Shown one piece after another: positions 45,257-57,970 of a DNA stretch of 64,000 nucleotides. Each line of letters opens with the position of its first letter. Position 1 is the stretch's first letter. The stretch is from assembly GCA_949358305.1 (NCBI GenBank), contig OX442314.1, forward strand, positions 31,372,001-31,436,000, given 5' to 3'. Under the pieces are notes generated by a model. That model ran no database searches, had not been told where the DNA came from, and saw only the letters and a program-made list of their open reading frames with translations. The stretch is from Strigamia acuminata. Its lineage: Eukaryota. Position numbers and translations under genes: made by a program.

Positions 45257-45889
45257 GACATATTCACTGATTAACTAATCAGACAAAGGCATGTTATGTG
45301 ATATTCATTTTATTCATTTTTTTTGCAGCAAACCTGAAATATTCCATACTTATGACACCCCCATTTTTGTGTAAAATCACTGCCAAATCTTTTTTTCTAG
45401 AAAAATTATTAATTTGTTAATTTTAAATGAATTCAAAGAACAAAATACATGGATTAAAAAATTGGTTTGATTCTAGATGAAGCGTAAAAAAAATATTACA
45501 AAAAAACTGATTATTCCATACTTTTGGCGTGCACCTTATAGCCAGGTCTATTTCAGTCATTGGAAAAAAGAGTAACATTTACCTGGGATTTTTTAAAATA
45601 TTTTTATAATTTTATCTCAAATTTTATTAAAATAAAAAATTTCAGCCACTTCCCTTATTTTTTTACCGGAAAAAAGATCAAATCACAGGAAAATTGGTCA
45701 AAGAGACGGAGGAGAAGTGGAGGGAAAAAAACAACAACTCCTCTGCAGAGTGGCGGCCCCTAGTGTGAATTATTAGCAACAAATAATACAAAATTTAGAA
45801 TTAAAAACGAATAAAATGCAGATAAAATCACATCTCGGATGAAGAAAAACAGGAAAGATGATACAGGAAAGAAAGATGAGGTACAGGAA

Positions 45890-46137
45890 TTTTATCATTG
45901 TCTGATTCATAGCAAAATTCTGTGCAATATCTGTATTGGTTGACGTATAGCACAGAATTCTCTAATATAAGATACTAGTACCTGTAGCTGACATCTCATT
46001 GGCAGGATTATAGCACAAAAATTCTATGCCGTATCTGTACCTGCCTTCTCATTGGTAGGATTATAGCACAAAAATTCTATGCCATATCTGTACCTGCCTT
46101 CTCATTGGCAGGATTATAGCACAAAATTCTGTGCTAA
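45890..46137. repeat. ~53-bp tandem repeat with degenerate copies
   Basis: TCTCATTGGCAGGATTATAGCACAAAAATTCTATGCCGTATCTGTACCTGCCT repeated about 3 times plus diverged units. Confidence 0.8.
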
Positions 46138-47804
46138 ACGGTCCCCTTTACTACTGTTGTCGGAAATCACGCGCTTTGCACAACTAAATACCAGCTTGCT
46201 GGACACGCTGGTTGTCTGTATGCACAGATATTTCTTTGCTGTGCATTCCAGATGGGCAAAACTTCTGTTGTGCTTCTTCCACCATTCGAGTGGGTCTTGA
46301 TTTTGGCGAACCTTTGCTGAATTCATGTAACATTCAAATTCATAACGGACAATTTCAGCAGTACTTAATGTTGTTTCCTCGTAATCTGCCATTTCAAGCA
46401 TTGCCATCAAGCCACGTCTTTTCTTGGAAGCTGGGGCACTGGGAGTCTCGCTCGAACTTGACTTCTGCAAGCAGCTCATCAACAATGGCAGGCAATTCAC
46501 TACGGCAATTTTCCATTTTTTCCAAATAGCACAGACGAAACCGAGGATCCAAAATTGTTGCTTTAAACAATAAAACGATAATGCATCTCTGTTCTGATCA
46601 GTGCCATAATATCTGTCAAAGATAAAAGAAATATTGTCGTGGATAATGCCAACAAACTTTTCTATGAAGTTTAATTGTGTATCGTTGTCCTCTTCGTCCT
46701 CAGCAACCCTTTCAACAATAGATTCCAACTGCTTAACAATGTGTGCAACCACCGGCAGTACGCACGATACAGAAACATACTGTTCACCACTTAACTCTGT
46801 TGTAATTTATTCATTCGGCTTTAGCTAACTTAGGAGAACTTCTAAAATTTCCAAATTGCTGTTGTTCGGTGTTAAAGTCGAGTATTTACCGTGTTGGTAT
46901 TCCTGGCGATGTCTGCAGGCAGCATATTCTTTGTAAGTCCCATCTCGAGTTGTTTAGCATGAAAGTCTCGGTGCATCGTCGACGAATGGGCAATCGCGCT
47001 CTGGGCTTTTTTGACGTTTTGGAACACGATTTTGATCTCGTTTGCAGCAAAAACCCTCTTGATTGCGAGGTTGACGACGTGCCCAAAGCAAGGGAATCTC
47101 TTAAGTTGTGCCAGATTCATGCCACTGACAGTTAGCGACATGTACGGCTCCATCACAACCGAAGTCCAACAATCTGTTGTGATGCAACAAAACTCCATCG
47201 AGCGTAACATTTCCTTCACTAATGCTACAATGTGAATGTACAAATCCGGAATAATCCTCTCAGAAAACGTGGTTCGGTATGGAAGTTGAAAAGATGGCTG
47301 AAAACCCAAACACAAGTTCTTAAAACTTTCCTTTTCCACGGTGTTGTACGGAAGACATTCCATTGCAAGCCATTTTCCAAGCAATTTGTTAATCTTCTTC
47401 GAATCCACGTTTTTGGTTACTAATGTGCCCTGGCGCAAACTCTTCTTATTTGTATTACACTGTTATACGGCATCAACAGATTCAGCAGTATCGTTCTTAT
47501 CCAGATCAGTTAGTTGCAGGGACTTATTCAGTGATGAATTCACAGAATTGGCATTGGAAGATGACTGTTATAGAAAATTATCCATTTGTGTTTGGGGTGT
47601 TGCAGAAATTGACGATGACAATGACGACGAAATGTTCTTTGCCTTAAGGTATTCTGTTTTGTGTTTAACTTTGAAATAGGCCCGTAAATTAGAAGGCGAA
47701 CTAGAACCACAACGAACGACAGTTTTGCAAAGCAAACATGTGGCTTTAAATTCAGCATCTCGTGGTGTAAAAAACTTCCAAATGGCACTTGTAACTTGCG
47801 GCAT
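46138..47804 (-). pseudogene. Decayed hAT transposase (BED finger, DDE core, dimerisation domain)
   Basis: SAIWKFF...ATCLLC, ITTDCWTS, CFGHVVNLAI, DPLEWWK...AKKYLCI..TSVSS..VFS; frameshifts and deletions. Confidence 0.88.
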
Positions 47805-49560
47805 CCTATTCGGCAATGGGAACGCGCGATGTTGTAAGCTCTGGCGTTGTCCAAGTGGCGATGCGGAAAAAGGCGAGTCCGGGTCCGGATAAGCTCGGTG
47901 AGTTCGGGTGTCCAGCAAGGTTTGGGGCGATGTGAGCGATGCGGGTTTGGAGGGGCAAATTCCTCGAGTATGCTAGTGACTTTGCTGATGAAAATGCCAA
48001 GTTTGGAGTCGGGGCTGGGGGAGTCCAGTAAAGGTTGCCAGTCAATGGTTGAGGTCGCTCGGAATGCAGCCGGCCAATCACACCGGCGGAAAGAGTAGTT
48101 AGGAGAGAGGGAGGGGGAATGTTGAGGACGGGAGGGAGGAGGGGTGGGAGTGGAGAAAAAGAGGGTGATGAGTTTGTGGTCCAGATTGTCAACTTCAAGG
48201 AGCTTAGGGGGGGGAAAATGAATTTTTAGGCACGAAAATTTGGTTGATGAGGGTTGAGGTGGAGTTTGAGACACGAGTGGGCTGGGTTATGACCGGCATG
48301 AGGTCAAGGATGGACATGTGGGTTGATATTGCATTGCGGGAGGTGGTAGGGAGAAAATTCTCATTAAAATCACCGGCAACAGTGGTGAAAGCGTCTGGTG
48401 AGATGTGGTCAGAAAAAAGGTTGAGTGTGTCAGCAACAGGGACTGACGCGGCACAGTAGATGATAACAACTTGCGCGGTGGAGGTGGGAGTTTTTAGGTG
48501 AACGACGAGAAGTTCAGCACCATGTCCATTGACAGCCAACGAGGAGGTGAGGGAGAAGATGTCATGGTAAAACCAAGCGACACCGCCACCACGGGACTGA
48601 CGGTCAGAGCGAGCGAGGGAGTAACCGGGACGTGGAGGACATCATCAGGGCAGTCGGATGAGAGCCACGGTCAGGGGAGTGGGTTTGAATGAGACCAGTG
48701 AGATCGAAAAGTTTTGACAGAAGGGAGCAGACATTCAGGTACTACATGATAGTTAGGAAATCGGCTACGAAAAGGGGGGATTGTTTGTGGTAGGAGAAGG
48801 GGTAGTGTAGATGAGAGGGAGATTTCGGCCATGGAATGCTGTGAGGCCAGAGAGTAGGGGAGAGGAGCGGGGTGATGTCGCCGGTGGCGATGCGTAGGAA
48901 TATGGATTTGCTAGTTGTCATGTCGCTTTTAGTCCATCTAGGGCACTGCAAGACGGTCAAGTCGCGGGATTCAGCGTACGAGCGGATCTCGTCGTGAGTA
49001 GCGGAGTTGAGCAGGTTTGTCAGAAGAATGCGTGTCGTCGGAGGACTGTCGAGGGAAGTGGTGGCCTATATGGTGCTGCCAACGACGGTGCCAATTGCGT
49101 GTGAGATTTGGCACCCGATGTGACTGGGATGTCACATTTGCGTAGGGTGGGCGAGCGACAGGCGGTGTTGTCAAGTGTTTAGTTGAGTGCGGGTGTCAGG
49201 ATGTCCAACGATCGATTCGTGCAATGAGGCAAGTTCGGCGCGCATTTCACATTTATTATTATGCATTTCAGCCCGAACTTCGGAAATTGGCATCGACAAT
49301 TCGTTGCAAAATGCGGTGGATTTGTTCTGGGCCAGCCTCAGATGGGTGGGGGGATGCAGCGAATCTGCATTTTCAGCGATGGTCACACCGGTCCCAGCGG
49401 CCAAAGGCAGGGTGGCGTGGTCGTCAGCAATTGTAGAGTCGGAATCAAGAGTGTCACGAGGATCGTTGAGGCGTGTTTGTGAAATTGAGATTATTTTGAA
49501 GAATTTATCTGAATTCTTCAATTTTTGTTGATAAAAGGTTTGAAATTTCAAAGTGGCATT
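47805..49560 (-). mobile_element. Degraded non-LTR retrotransposon fragment (AP-endonuclease region and upstream remnants)
   Basis: VAGDFN, ITQPTR...STLINQIF, DHKLI, then IDWQ and PCWTPEL linker motifs; GC-rich; left boundary truncated. Confidence 0.7.
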
Positions 49561-50814
49561 TCAAGACTACCGTAGCCATGTGTGTTTGTTGTTGTTGTGA
49601 TTAGTTGTACCGGTACGATTGCTATAGTTTCATCCGTCTTCCGTAAAAGGCACATGATACGAACTACGAAGCGACGTCGCAAGTCCGTACACAGGTGGTT
49701 TTACGTAGTCTTACCACACGTTAATCGAGGTAGAGCTGAATTAGAAAATGAATCCAGAAATAGAATTTGGAGCACTTTTAGTTTCGTACAAGAAAAACAC
49801 TCGTCCAAATGCTCCCACACACGTAGTCGATAGAATAATCACCCTAAATAAGGATTTGGTAAATAAATTAGTTATTTATTGAGTTTTAATGAATTTAATA
49901 ATAATTGAATTGTTTGCATCTCCAGTTCACCATTGGTTGGGCCGTCGACGCTGATTTCACCATCAATTCGCATGTGTATCACGGATACACGCAATATTTA
50001 CCAGACGCAAGGATGCGTGGCACGTGGCGGATAATAATGTACGATAGAATGTGTGTTATTGATCATTTCATGAGTTTTTTTTTGAACAATCAACAGAGTA
50101 GGAACGGAATTTATGTTAATGAGGTGAAATTGGAGGCGCGCGGAGCCACGCGACTGAGAAATGGCGACACGGTTTGTTTAGGCGAGAAAACAGCGAGCCG
50201 GGAATTGTTTTTCACGTTCAAACCTAACGGAAGCGGAGAGAGAGATAGAGGTCCACCTGGCGGCGGATAAAATGAAGAAGGAAAACGAGAGATTGGAAAA
50301 GGAGTTGAAACGCGTGCAGCTTGAATTAAGCCAGAAGAAGAGAAAAGCCGAGGAAACGTTGAAACAAAGGCTGAAGAAGAAGGAAGAGGAATTTGAAAAG
50401 TAAATGGCAAATATTTTTTTCTTTTTAATTTTTTTAAAATAATTAATAAAAATTAATTTTGATTAATTTTTAGGCGAATGAGAAGGATAAAGTTTGGACT
50501 CTGCGGGAACGTAAATCAAAAAGTGGAAGGAGAAATTGAAGGAAAATACAATTTGAAAGATGTGTTGACAACATGAAGGGTCAGGTGGACGCTAATCAAT
50601 TGCAGTTGGAGTTGGCGGAAGACTGCGATAAGAATCAGTTGGAACGGATGCTCGAAGTGAAGGAGCGACATCTGGCGATTGTGAGCAAGGAATTGGAGAC
50701 GATGGCGGAGAAACACAAAAGTCAAAGCGAAATTGTGACGAATCTCAGCTCGGTGCTCGAAAGCGAACTCGAGTGCTGTGTTTGTTCGGAAATAATAATC
50801 AAGGTGATTTCGAC

Positions 50815-51510
50815 TTTGGTTTTAATTTGATTTTGGTTTTAATTTTCAATTTGATTTGATTTTAATTTTCAATTTGATTTGATTTTAATTTTCAATTTGA
50901 TTTGATTTTAATTTTCAATTTAATTTGATTTTAATTTTCAATTTGTTTTGATTTTAATTTTCAGAGGTAATATACTGACGTGTAATTGTCGGGATAATTA
51001 CGTCAGCACGAATCTTATCTGACAAGAAGAGGAGTGCTGACCTAATTCCGACAATTACTAAGCGCGAGGTGTATTTAAAACAAGAACTTACTGATAGATA
51101 ATAATGTAGGTAGTGAAAATGAGATAGTGAAAATGAGAATTTACCTTGTTGTTGATTGTTGTTTTGTTAGGCCTAATCTCTTTCGGAGTTATTAATAGCC
51201 CTAGCTAGTGGTAAATTTTCAATTTGATTTGATTTTAATTTTCAATTTTCAAATTTCAATTTGATTTGATTTTAATTTTCAAATTTCAAATTTCAATTTG
51301 ATTTGATTTTAATTTTCAATTTTCAAATTTTAATTTGATTTGATTTTAATTTTCAATTTCCAAATTTCAATTTGATTTGATTTTAATTTTCAATTTTCAA
51401 TTTTCAAATTTCAATTTGATTTGATTTTAATTTTAATTTTCACTTTTCAATTTGATTTGATTAAAATTTTAAAATTAATTTGTTTTGATTTTAATTTTGA
51501 TTTGATTTTT
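50815..51510. repeat. AT-rich ~23-bp minisatellite in the RNF8-like intron, interrupted at about 50964-51213
   Basis: TTTTCAATTTGATTTGATTTTAA units. Confidence 0.85.
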
Positions 51511-51974
51511 CAGGCTGTTGTGTTGAATTGTTCACATTCGTTCTGCTCGCACTGCGTCAACGAATGGAAACGGGAAAAGTGCCAATGTCCGGTTTGTCGA
51601 ACGGAGATCACGAGTGAAACTCCATCGCGAGTTTTAGACTCAATAATCGATCGCTTGGTGGAGACGTGGTCCAGCGAATTAAAAACTCGTCGTCGGCGAT
51701 TAATAGAGAGTAGAATGAGCATCCTACACCAGCAACCTGAGCAACAACATTCTGGACCTCTTCATTCTGACGAAGTTGCTATTCTAGGATTTTCTTTTGG
51801 GCTACCACTTCATGACCCAGAACCATTATTGTCTTCGTTTTCCGATTCTTCTGACTCGTTCTTGACTGAAGGGAATGATTATTCCAACTACGATGAAGAA
51901 GATGAACAAGAAATTGAACAAGAACATGAACAAGATGAACAAGAAATGGAACAAGAACATGAACAAGATGACGA

Positions 51975-52926
51975 AGAATATGGACACGAAGACGAACAAG
52001 ACGAACAAGAAGAATATGGACACGAAGACGAACAAGACGAACAAGAAGAATATGGACACGAAGACGAACAAGACGAACAAGAAGAATATGGACACGAAGA
52101 CGAACAAGAAGAATATGGACACGAAGACGAACAAGACGAACAAGAAGAATATGGACACGAAGACGAACAAGACGAACAAGAAGAATATGGACACGAAGAT
52201 GAACAAGACGAACAAGAAGAATATGGACACGAAGACGAACAAGACGAACAAGAAGAATATGGACATGAAGACGAACAAGACGAACAAGAAGAATATGGAC
52301 ACGAAGACGAACAAGACGAACAAGAAGAATATGGACACGAAGACGAACAAGACGAACAAGAAGAATATGGACACGAAGACGAACAACACGAACAAGAAGA
52401 ATATGGACACGAAGACGAACAAGACGAACAAGAAGAATATGGACACGAAGACGAACAAGACGAACAAGAAGAATATGGACACGAAGACGAACAAGACGAA
52501 CAAGAAGAATATGGACACGAAGACGAACAAGACGAACAAGAAGAATATGGACATGAAGACGAACAAGAAGAATATGGACACCAAGACGAACAAGACGAAC
52601 AAGAAGAATATGGACACGAAGACGAACAAGACGAACAAGAAGAATATGGACACGAAGACGAACAAGACGAACAAGAAGAATATGGACACGAAGACGAACA
52701 AGAAGAATATGGACATGAAGACGAACAAGACGAACAAGAAGAATATGGACACGAATACAAACAAGACGAACAAGAAGAATATGGACACGAAGACGAACAA
52801 GACGAACAAGAAGAATATGGACATGAAGACGAACAAGAAGAATATGGACACGAAGACGAACAAGACAAACAAGAAGAATATGGACACGAAGACGAACAAG
52901 ACGAACAAGAAGAATATGGACACGAA
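51975..52926 (+). repeat. Coding 36-bp tandem repeat (EEYGHEDEQDEQ), with 27-bp variants
   Basis: GAAGAATATGGACACGAAGACGAACAAGACGAACAA repeated more than 25 times, in frame with the RING exon. Confidence 0.95.
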
Positions 52927-53798
52927 GTAGAAGACGTCCGAGTTAGTAGTCGGGAGTCGGGGTCGGATTCGGCGACGGGTCACGAGGCGTACGAAACATT
53001 GTCGTCCAAGCGACACCAACTTTGCTCGTCGCTACTTTCGCTACCTTCGCACTCGCACGCGGTTGAATCGATGCACGAGTTCCACGCGTCGGACGAAATT
53101 TCGCTCTGATAGTCTTCTTCTCCGGCAGAAATCAAGTTCAATTAATAAGATATGAAGTGCTAATCATGTAAATAATCATAAAGTCAAATTTCAAATCTGG
53201 TTCACCGTCATTTATTCTTAATTTAAAATAAAATTGATAAGCAAAATAGAATTTCTTTTTGTGTACACAACGACCAATCAATCAATCAATCAATCCATTG
53301 ATTTCAAGGAAAAAATAATGAAGAAGATTGTTTTTTGTTTGCGTTCACAACGTCTTTGGATGCCAAAGAGAAAAATGAATTACGACGACGACCATGAGTT
53401 GTCTCGGTTATTCCGGTTGTTGAGGCAGCAAAATTTTGACAAACAAAACAATGATATGCCTTTAGCGTTGATCCAAGGGAATGCGTTTGAAAGCGGAGCA
53501 AATTGGTTCTCCCAGCTTCGCAAATCTCCTTTCAAGAGTTGGAGCGTGTCGTTAAGCTTGGAAAAACAAGTGAGGCTTCTTGGTAACGTCATTAAGAAGT
53601 TATTATTGTATGTAACTTTAGTTGTACAATACATATTTATTTATTTGTAATAAACATTCAGTTAATTGTATTCAAAGTTTAAGCAAAAATAAAAGGAATA
53701 CAATGTGTGACGGTTTCACTGTTATAAACATTAAAAGGACGATTATCGCGCGTTTAGCGACAAATTCGAGCTTCATTCATTTAAAGTGCTTTAATATA

Positions 53799-54768
53799 CA
53801 GGGTGTTCTGAAAGTCTGGTCCCCTCCAAATATTTCCTGAGCAATTGCATCTAGGCCAACTTTGATGAAGGGATCATATAGGAAGTTGAGTGAGAGCAAT
53901 CCAATGACGTCATCAAATTTGACCTTGAAGGTCATTTTCAAGGTCATTCACTTTCTAACTTTTAAACCGTTAAATATACAGCAAAATTTCCAATTACAAA
54001 GTTATAGAGCACCATCAAATTAGTACTATACAACTTATCTTAGTCACCTTAGTTTTTTTTAATAAAAGAAAACAAATCAGCAAATTGAAATTTTCAATCA
54101 AAAAGTTGTAGAGCACCATCAAATTAGTCTGTTCAACAAAGTTTATAAGGGATGAAAATCATCAATAAATCTATCTTCAGCTTGACTGATGCTCATTACA
54201 CACACTTTCTTTCAGAGAGGCCTGTATCAACATTCCAGATGCAATGTTGATGGCTGTACAGAACTCAATTAAATGTCGTGCAGAATTCTGTCTAACTGTC
54301 AAAGGACAACATTTCGAACAACTAATTAAGTGATACCTAGAAACCAACTACTAACTCATCCACCCACACCCCCTCCCACCCAATCATTAACCTGTGATAA
54401 TATGCGCGACATTCGTACGCGCGACATGTAAGAATAATTCCTACACGCGATGTAGCGCATGTGAATAGCGTCGCCATGCGTTACTGCGATATTGCGCGCT
54501 ATAAAAAAATTGGCTTAAGGTAACTAAGATAAGTTGTATAGTACTAATTTGATGGTGCTCTACAACTTTGTAATTGGAAATTTTGCTGTATCTTCAACGG
54601 TTTAAAAGTTAGAAAGTGAATGACCTTGAAAATAACTTTTAAGGTCAAATTTGATGACGTCATTGGATTGCTCTTACCCAACTTCCTATATGATCCCTTC
54701 ATCAAAGTTGGCCTAGATGCAATTGCTCAGGAAATATTTGGAGGGGACCAGACTTTCAGAACACCCTG
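53799..54768. mobile_element. Tc1/mariner-type non-autonomous element related to the 1221-bp MITE
   Basis: TA|CAGGGTGTTCTGAAAGTCTGG...CCAGACTTTCAGAACACCCTG|TA; ~250-bp TIRs; internal transposase C-terminal remnant. Confidence 0.9.
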
Positions 54769-54974
54769 TATAAATATAAGTTTTATACTGTATATTAAAC
54801 CACTTTGATTAAACACTTTACGGACAGTTTTTAATATGTTTTGAGATTGTTTGTGTCAATTTACTACATAATTCCAATGAATTATGTTTAAACTTCACAC
54901 CTGGTTTGGGGCGTATCATCTACCGTGTAAATTTAATCCGCAACTCGATTTTGCGCGAATCGATTTTACACGAA

Positions 54975-56734
54975 TTGTTGCCGATATCACCCGGATGCTT
55001 TTTTGATCGAAGATTATCACGCTGGGGATATAATCTGCAGCGAGTGCGTTCTGGTCGTTGGAGACAGAGTCATAGACGTCACCAACGAATGGCGATTGTT
55101 ACTAACCGTCGGCCATCATGAAACATTCAATGCTGACTCGTGTTGCGTCGGCGCCGCCGAGAATGCGCTGCTCGCCGGCTTCGATCTGTCGACCGGAATT
55201 GCTCCAGCGACCGGAGCTGCGTGTTAGGCTTGTGCGCGTTGCCAAAATAAGGGTCGGCAAAAATAACGCCTTCCGTTATTAACGAATAACGCAGTAACGC
55301 CACAACGCCGAGCAACGCCAAATAACGCCACAACGCCACATAACGATACAACGCCACAACGCTCGTTCGGCACGTTCGCAATCGCTATTTTCCGTCCGTT
55401 TGCTATTTTTCGTCCGTTGCGCGTATCGGGGGCACTTTCGGCTTTTCTGCCGAACTTCGACACGAATTGCGCGTGACGTGTGCAGCGGCTGATGGCACGG
55501 CCTCGGCATCACCGTACTTTATTTTGCGGCGAAACGATCGAGAAAAAATCGTTTTTTGGGCCGAATGGTTCAAAATGGCACTGAAAAAATTAATAATAAA
55601 ATGCAATAAAGGGGAAAATGGGAGGAAATACACTGGAAATCACTAAATGGTACGGAAAAACGTGTCAACACTGTTGACACGTTTTTTCGAGCGAATAATG
55701 GTGAAATTCACCATTTTGAAAAATTTTGAAAAATTTTAAAAAATTAAAAAAAAAATTAAAATCATTTATTTTATTTTATTTTTAAGCGTTGCTGCGTTGC
55801 TACACGTTGTGGCGTTGTGACGTTATTTGGCGTTGTCGCGTTGTGGCGTTATTTGGCGTTATTTGACGTTATTTGGCGTTGTGGCGTTATTAGGCGTTAT
55901 TTGACGTTATTTGGCGTTGTGGCGTTATTTGGCGTTATTTGACGTTATTTGGCGTTGTGACGTTATTTGTAAATAACGCCTGCGTTGCGTTATTTTATAA
56001 ATAACGCAACGCCTCGCCAAAAAAAAATAACGCACATGCCTACTGCGTGTGTGGCTGGACGAGAAAGGCGGTGCCAAATACTCCTACAAAAGACCGGTGG
56101 TGAGGAGCGCCGACCGGGTACCCACCACCGCATTTCAAGATATAAGCACGATGGCCGAAAGAATCCACTTGTTGCAAACCATAGTGGACAGAGCGAACAA
56201 TCTGTTTAAGAAGGTCCTGGAAACGAAAAAGGTGAAAGGGACCCACGAAGCCATTGCTACTTCCTGTCCGTGCAAGCAGGAAAAAGTCCCGAGGTCCCTC
56301 AAGGAAATCTGCGCCGTTTTCAAAGTCTCTGTGAAAATCATTGGACAGCGTTTCAAGTTGATCGTGAAGTCGCTTGAGACGAGCGTCGAGGATGTTGCAG
56401 TGAAGCGGGAAAGGGCGCAGATTTTATGGCCAGATATTGCGGCAAATTGGGTCTGGACATCACGGTGCGACGAGCAGCCATGTGCATTGCTGAAAGAGCG
56501 GCTATTTTGGACGGTTTAGGCGGGAGAAGTTTGCTTTCGATGGCGGAGGCAGCTCTTTACTTGACGTGCCTGGCTTCAGGAGAGAAGAAGAGCGGGAAGG
56601 AGATTGGGGAAGTGGTCGGGGTCTGTGAGGCGACCATTACGAAAGTTTATAAGATCATCTACCTCAAAGCAGCGCAAATGTTTCCGGATGGTTTCGTGTT
56701 CGCCATTCCGGTAGCTAAGCTACCCGCAAAATAA
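54975..56734 (+). pseudogene. GTF2B: Intronless TFIIB pseudogene interrupted by a hAT MITE
   Basis: HPDA..IEDYHAGDIICSEC..VVGDRVID...EWR zinc ribbon; IVDRANNLFK, VPRSLKEICAV, M.RYC..LGL, GRS..S.A.AALY cyclin repeats; frameshifts. Confidence 0.9.
55225..56042. mobile_element. hAT-type MITE
   Basis: TIRs TAGGCTTGTGCG / CGCACATGCCTA; 8-bp TSD CTGCGTGT at 55217-55224 and 56043-56050; subterminal AACGCC/GGCGTT repeats. Confidence 0.92.
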
Positions 56735-57599
56735 TTTATTTAACCATTAAACTATTCTCAACCTTTAACCTAACCAAATTAATTAAGTAATTTTGCACAG
56801 TAACTTAACTTTAACAATTTTTTTTGCCATCTGTTTAATCTGTGATAGAACTACCGTAATCGCACCCTTTCAAGCAGTTTTGGTGTACGCTTCAACACAA
56901 TTCACGTAAATGTGTATGAAGTCACCAGGCTTCAAAAACATGCACGTTAGGAGTGAATAAACCGAAAATGCGCTTGGTCGTAACTAATGGCATTTAAGTG
57001 GCAAAATAAATTAAACTAAAAAAAAACAAATATCATCCATTTTGGATCAAAGGTAAATGCATTCAATACATACAAATGCAGTGGCAAAGTATTTGTCAAA
57101 ATAACTACGAAAAAATAAATGGAAATTTGAAGAAAAAAAATGTTTTGAAATTACAAATAAGAAAGTATCCATTTTGGGAAATGCTACACTCATAGATTGG
57201 AATGTAGTCTTACAATATCTATATTTTACATTTTGGAACTGACTGACCTTAACTACAAACTAACAGAAAAAACAAACTATTTCGAAATTCGGCAGAAACA
57301 GCATCGCACATGAAATTTAAAACATTGATAAAATAAATGGAAAATTGAAAGAAAATAAGATCTTTCAAATTAAAAATATGAAATCTTTCCTTTTGGATTC
57401 ATAATAATTAATACGGAGTAACATTTATTCTGATGTTTATCATGATTCAATTTCATCAAAATCGATGAATACTACACTCGCATATTCGAATGCAGGTTTA
57501 CAACACCAGATGATTTGCCACCATTTTTGCGAGAAAAAATGGAAAAATAAATAAAACTGCAAAACCGATTCATAAATATTTTCAAGACGTAAAAAAATT

Positions 57600-57970
57600 A
57601 ACTCAAATCAAACACAAAAACTACAGTCCTGGGCAAAAAAGAATCAAACAAGGCTAGCTTAAATTCATTAAATGACAAATTAAATATATCAATAGTACTA
57701 GGCAAGTTGTTAACATTTAGACACAAACGGTAGGTGAGGTCAACAAGTAAAGGCACAAAAGTCATATGCGCACATGTAAAGTAAACCGGAGTATAAAAAT
57801 TCAACAAACCCAAAAGATGAGGGAATTAAATCAAAGATAAGCAACGCATCCCGCATAACGAAAAAAGACTTAATAGTAGGGAACCTCAATATCCTCAGAA
57901 TCTTATCGTAATTATAAGGGGAGGAGCGAAAGAAGCGACGATGCGCAAATCGCCGCTGAAGACCCTCCAA
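57600..57970 (-). pseudogene. 3' tail of a LINE ORF2 (post-RT region), decayed
   Basis: EGLQRRF...Y...LRIL.FPTI.....RD..LIF.LI resembles LINE C-terminal motif. Confidence 0.5.

Larger units (their letters stand above)
11719..45536 (-). mobile_element. Decayed Tc1/Tc3-like DNA transposon (11719-13518 plus 45257-45536), split by the Polinton
   Basis: Ends TA|CGATGCGCGCCAAAAGTATGGAATA and TATTCCATACTTTTGGCGTGCACCT|TA; long imperfect TIRs; the right TIR is interrupted at GACATA. Confidence 0.85.
49748..53109 (+). pseudogene. RNF8: RNF8-like FHA/coiled-coil/RING E3 ligase gene, spliced, with apparent frameshifts and an acidic repeat tail
   Basis: GT-AG introns; FHA motifs (TIG, VSRIHA, SRNGIYVN); VLESELECCVCSE|AVVLNCSHSFC..C..EW....CPVCR...VLD..I closely follows the RNF8 RING; frame changes needed in exons 2, 3 and 4. 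Confidence 0.8.

Noticed and set aside
45890..46137. CRISPR-like array
   Set aside because: Head-to-tail repeats without unique spacers, no cas genes, eukaryotic context
51826..53019. Long hydrophobic, MDTKTNK and SSC-repeat ORFs
   Set aside because: Alternative frames of the 36-bp repeat; only the acidic frame continues the RING exon
49748..56734. RNF8 and TFIIB copies as part of the Polinton damage-response system
   Set aside because: They lie outside the TIRs and TSD; the thematic link has no structural support
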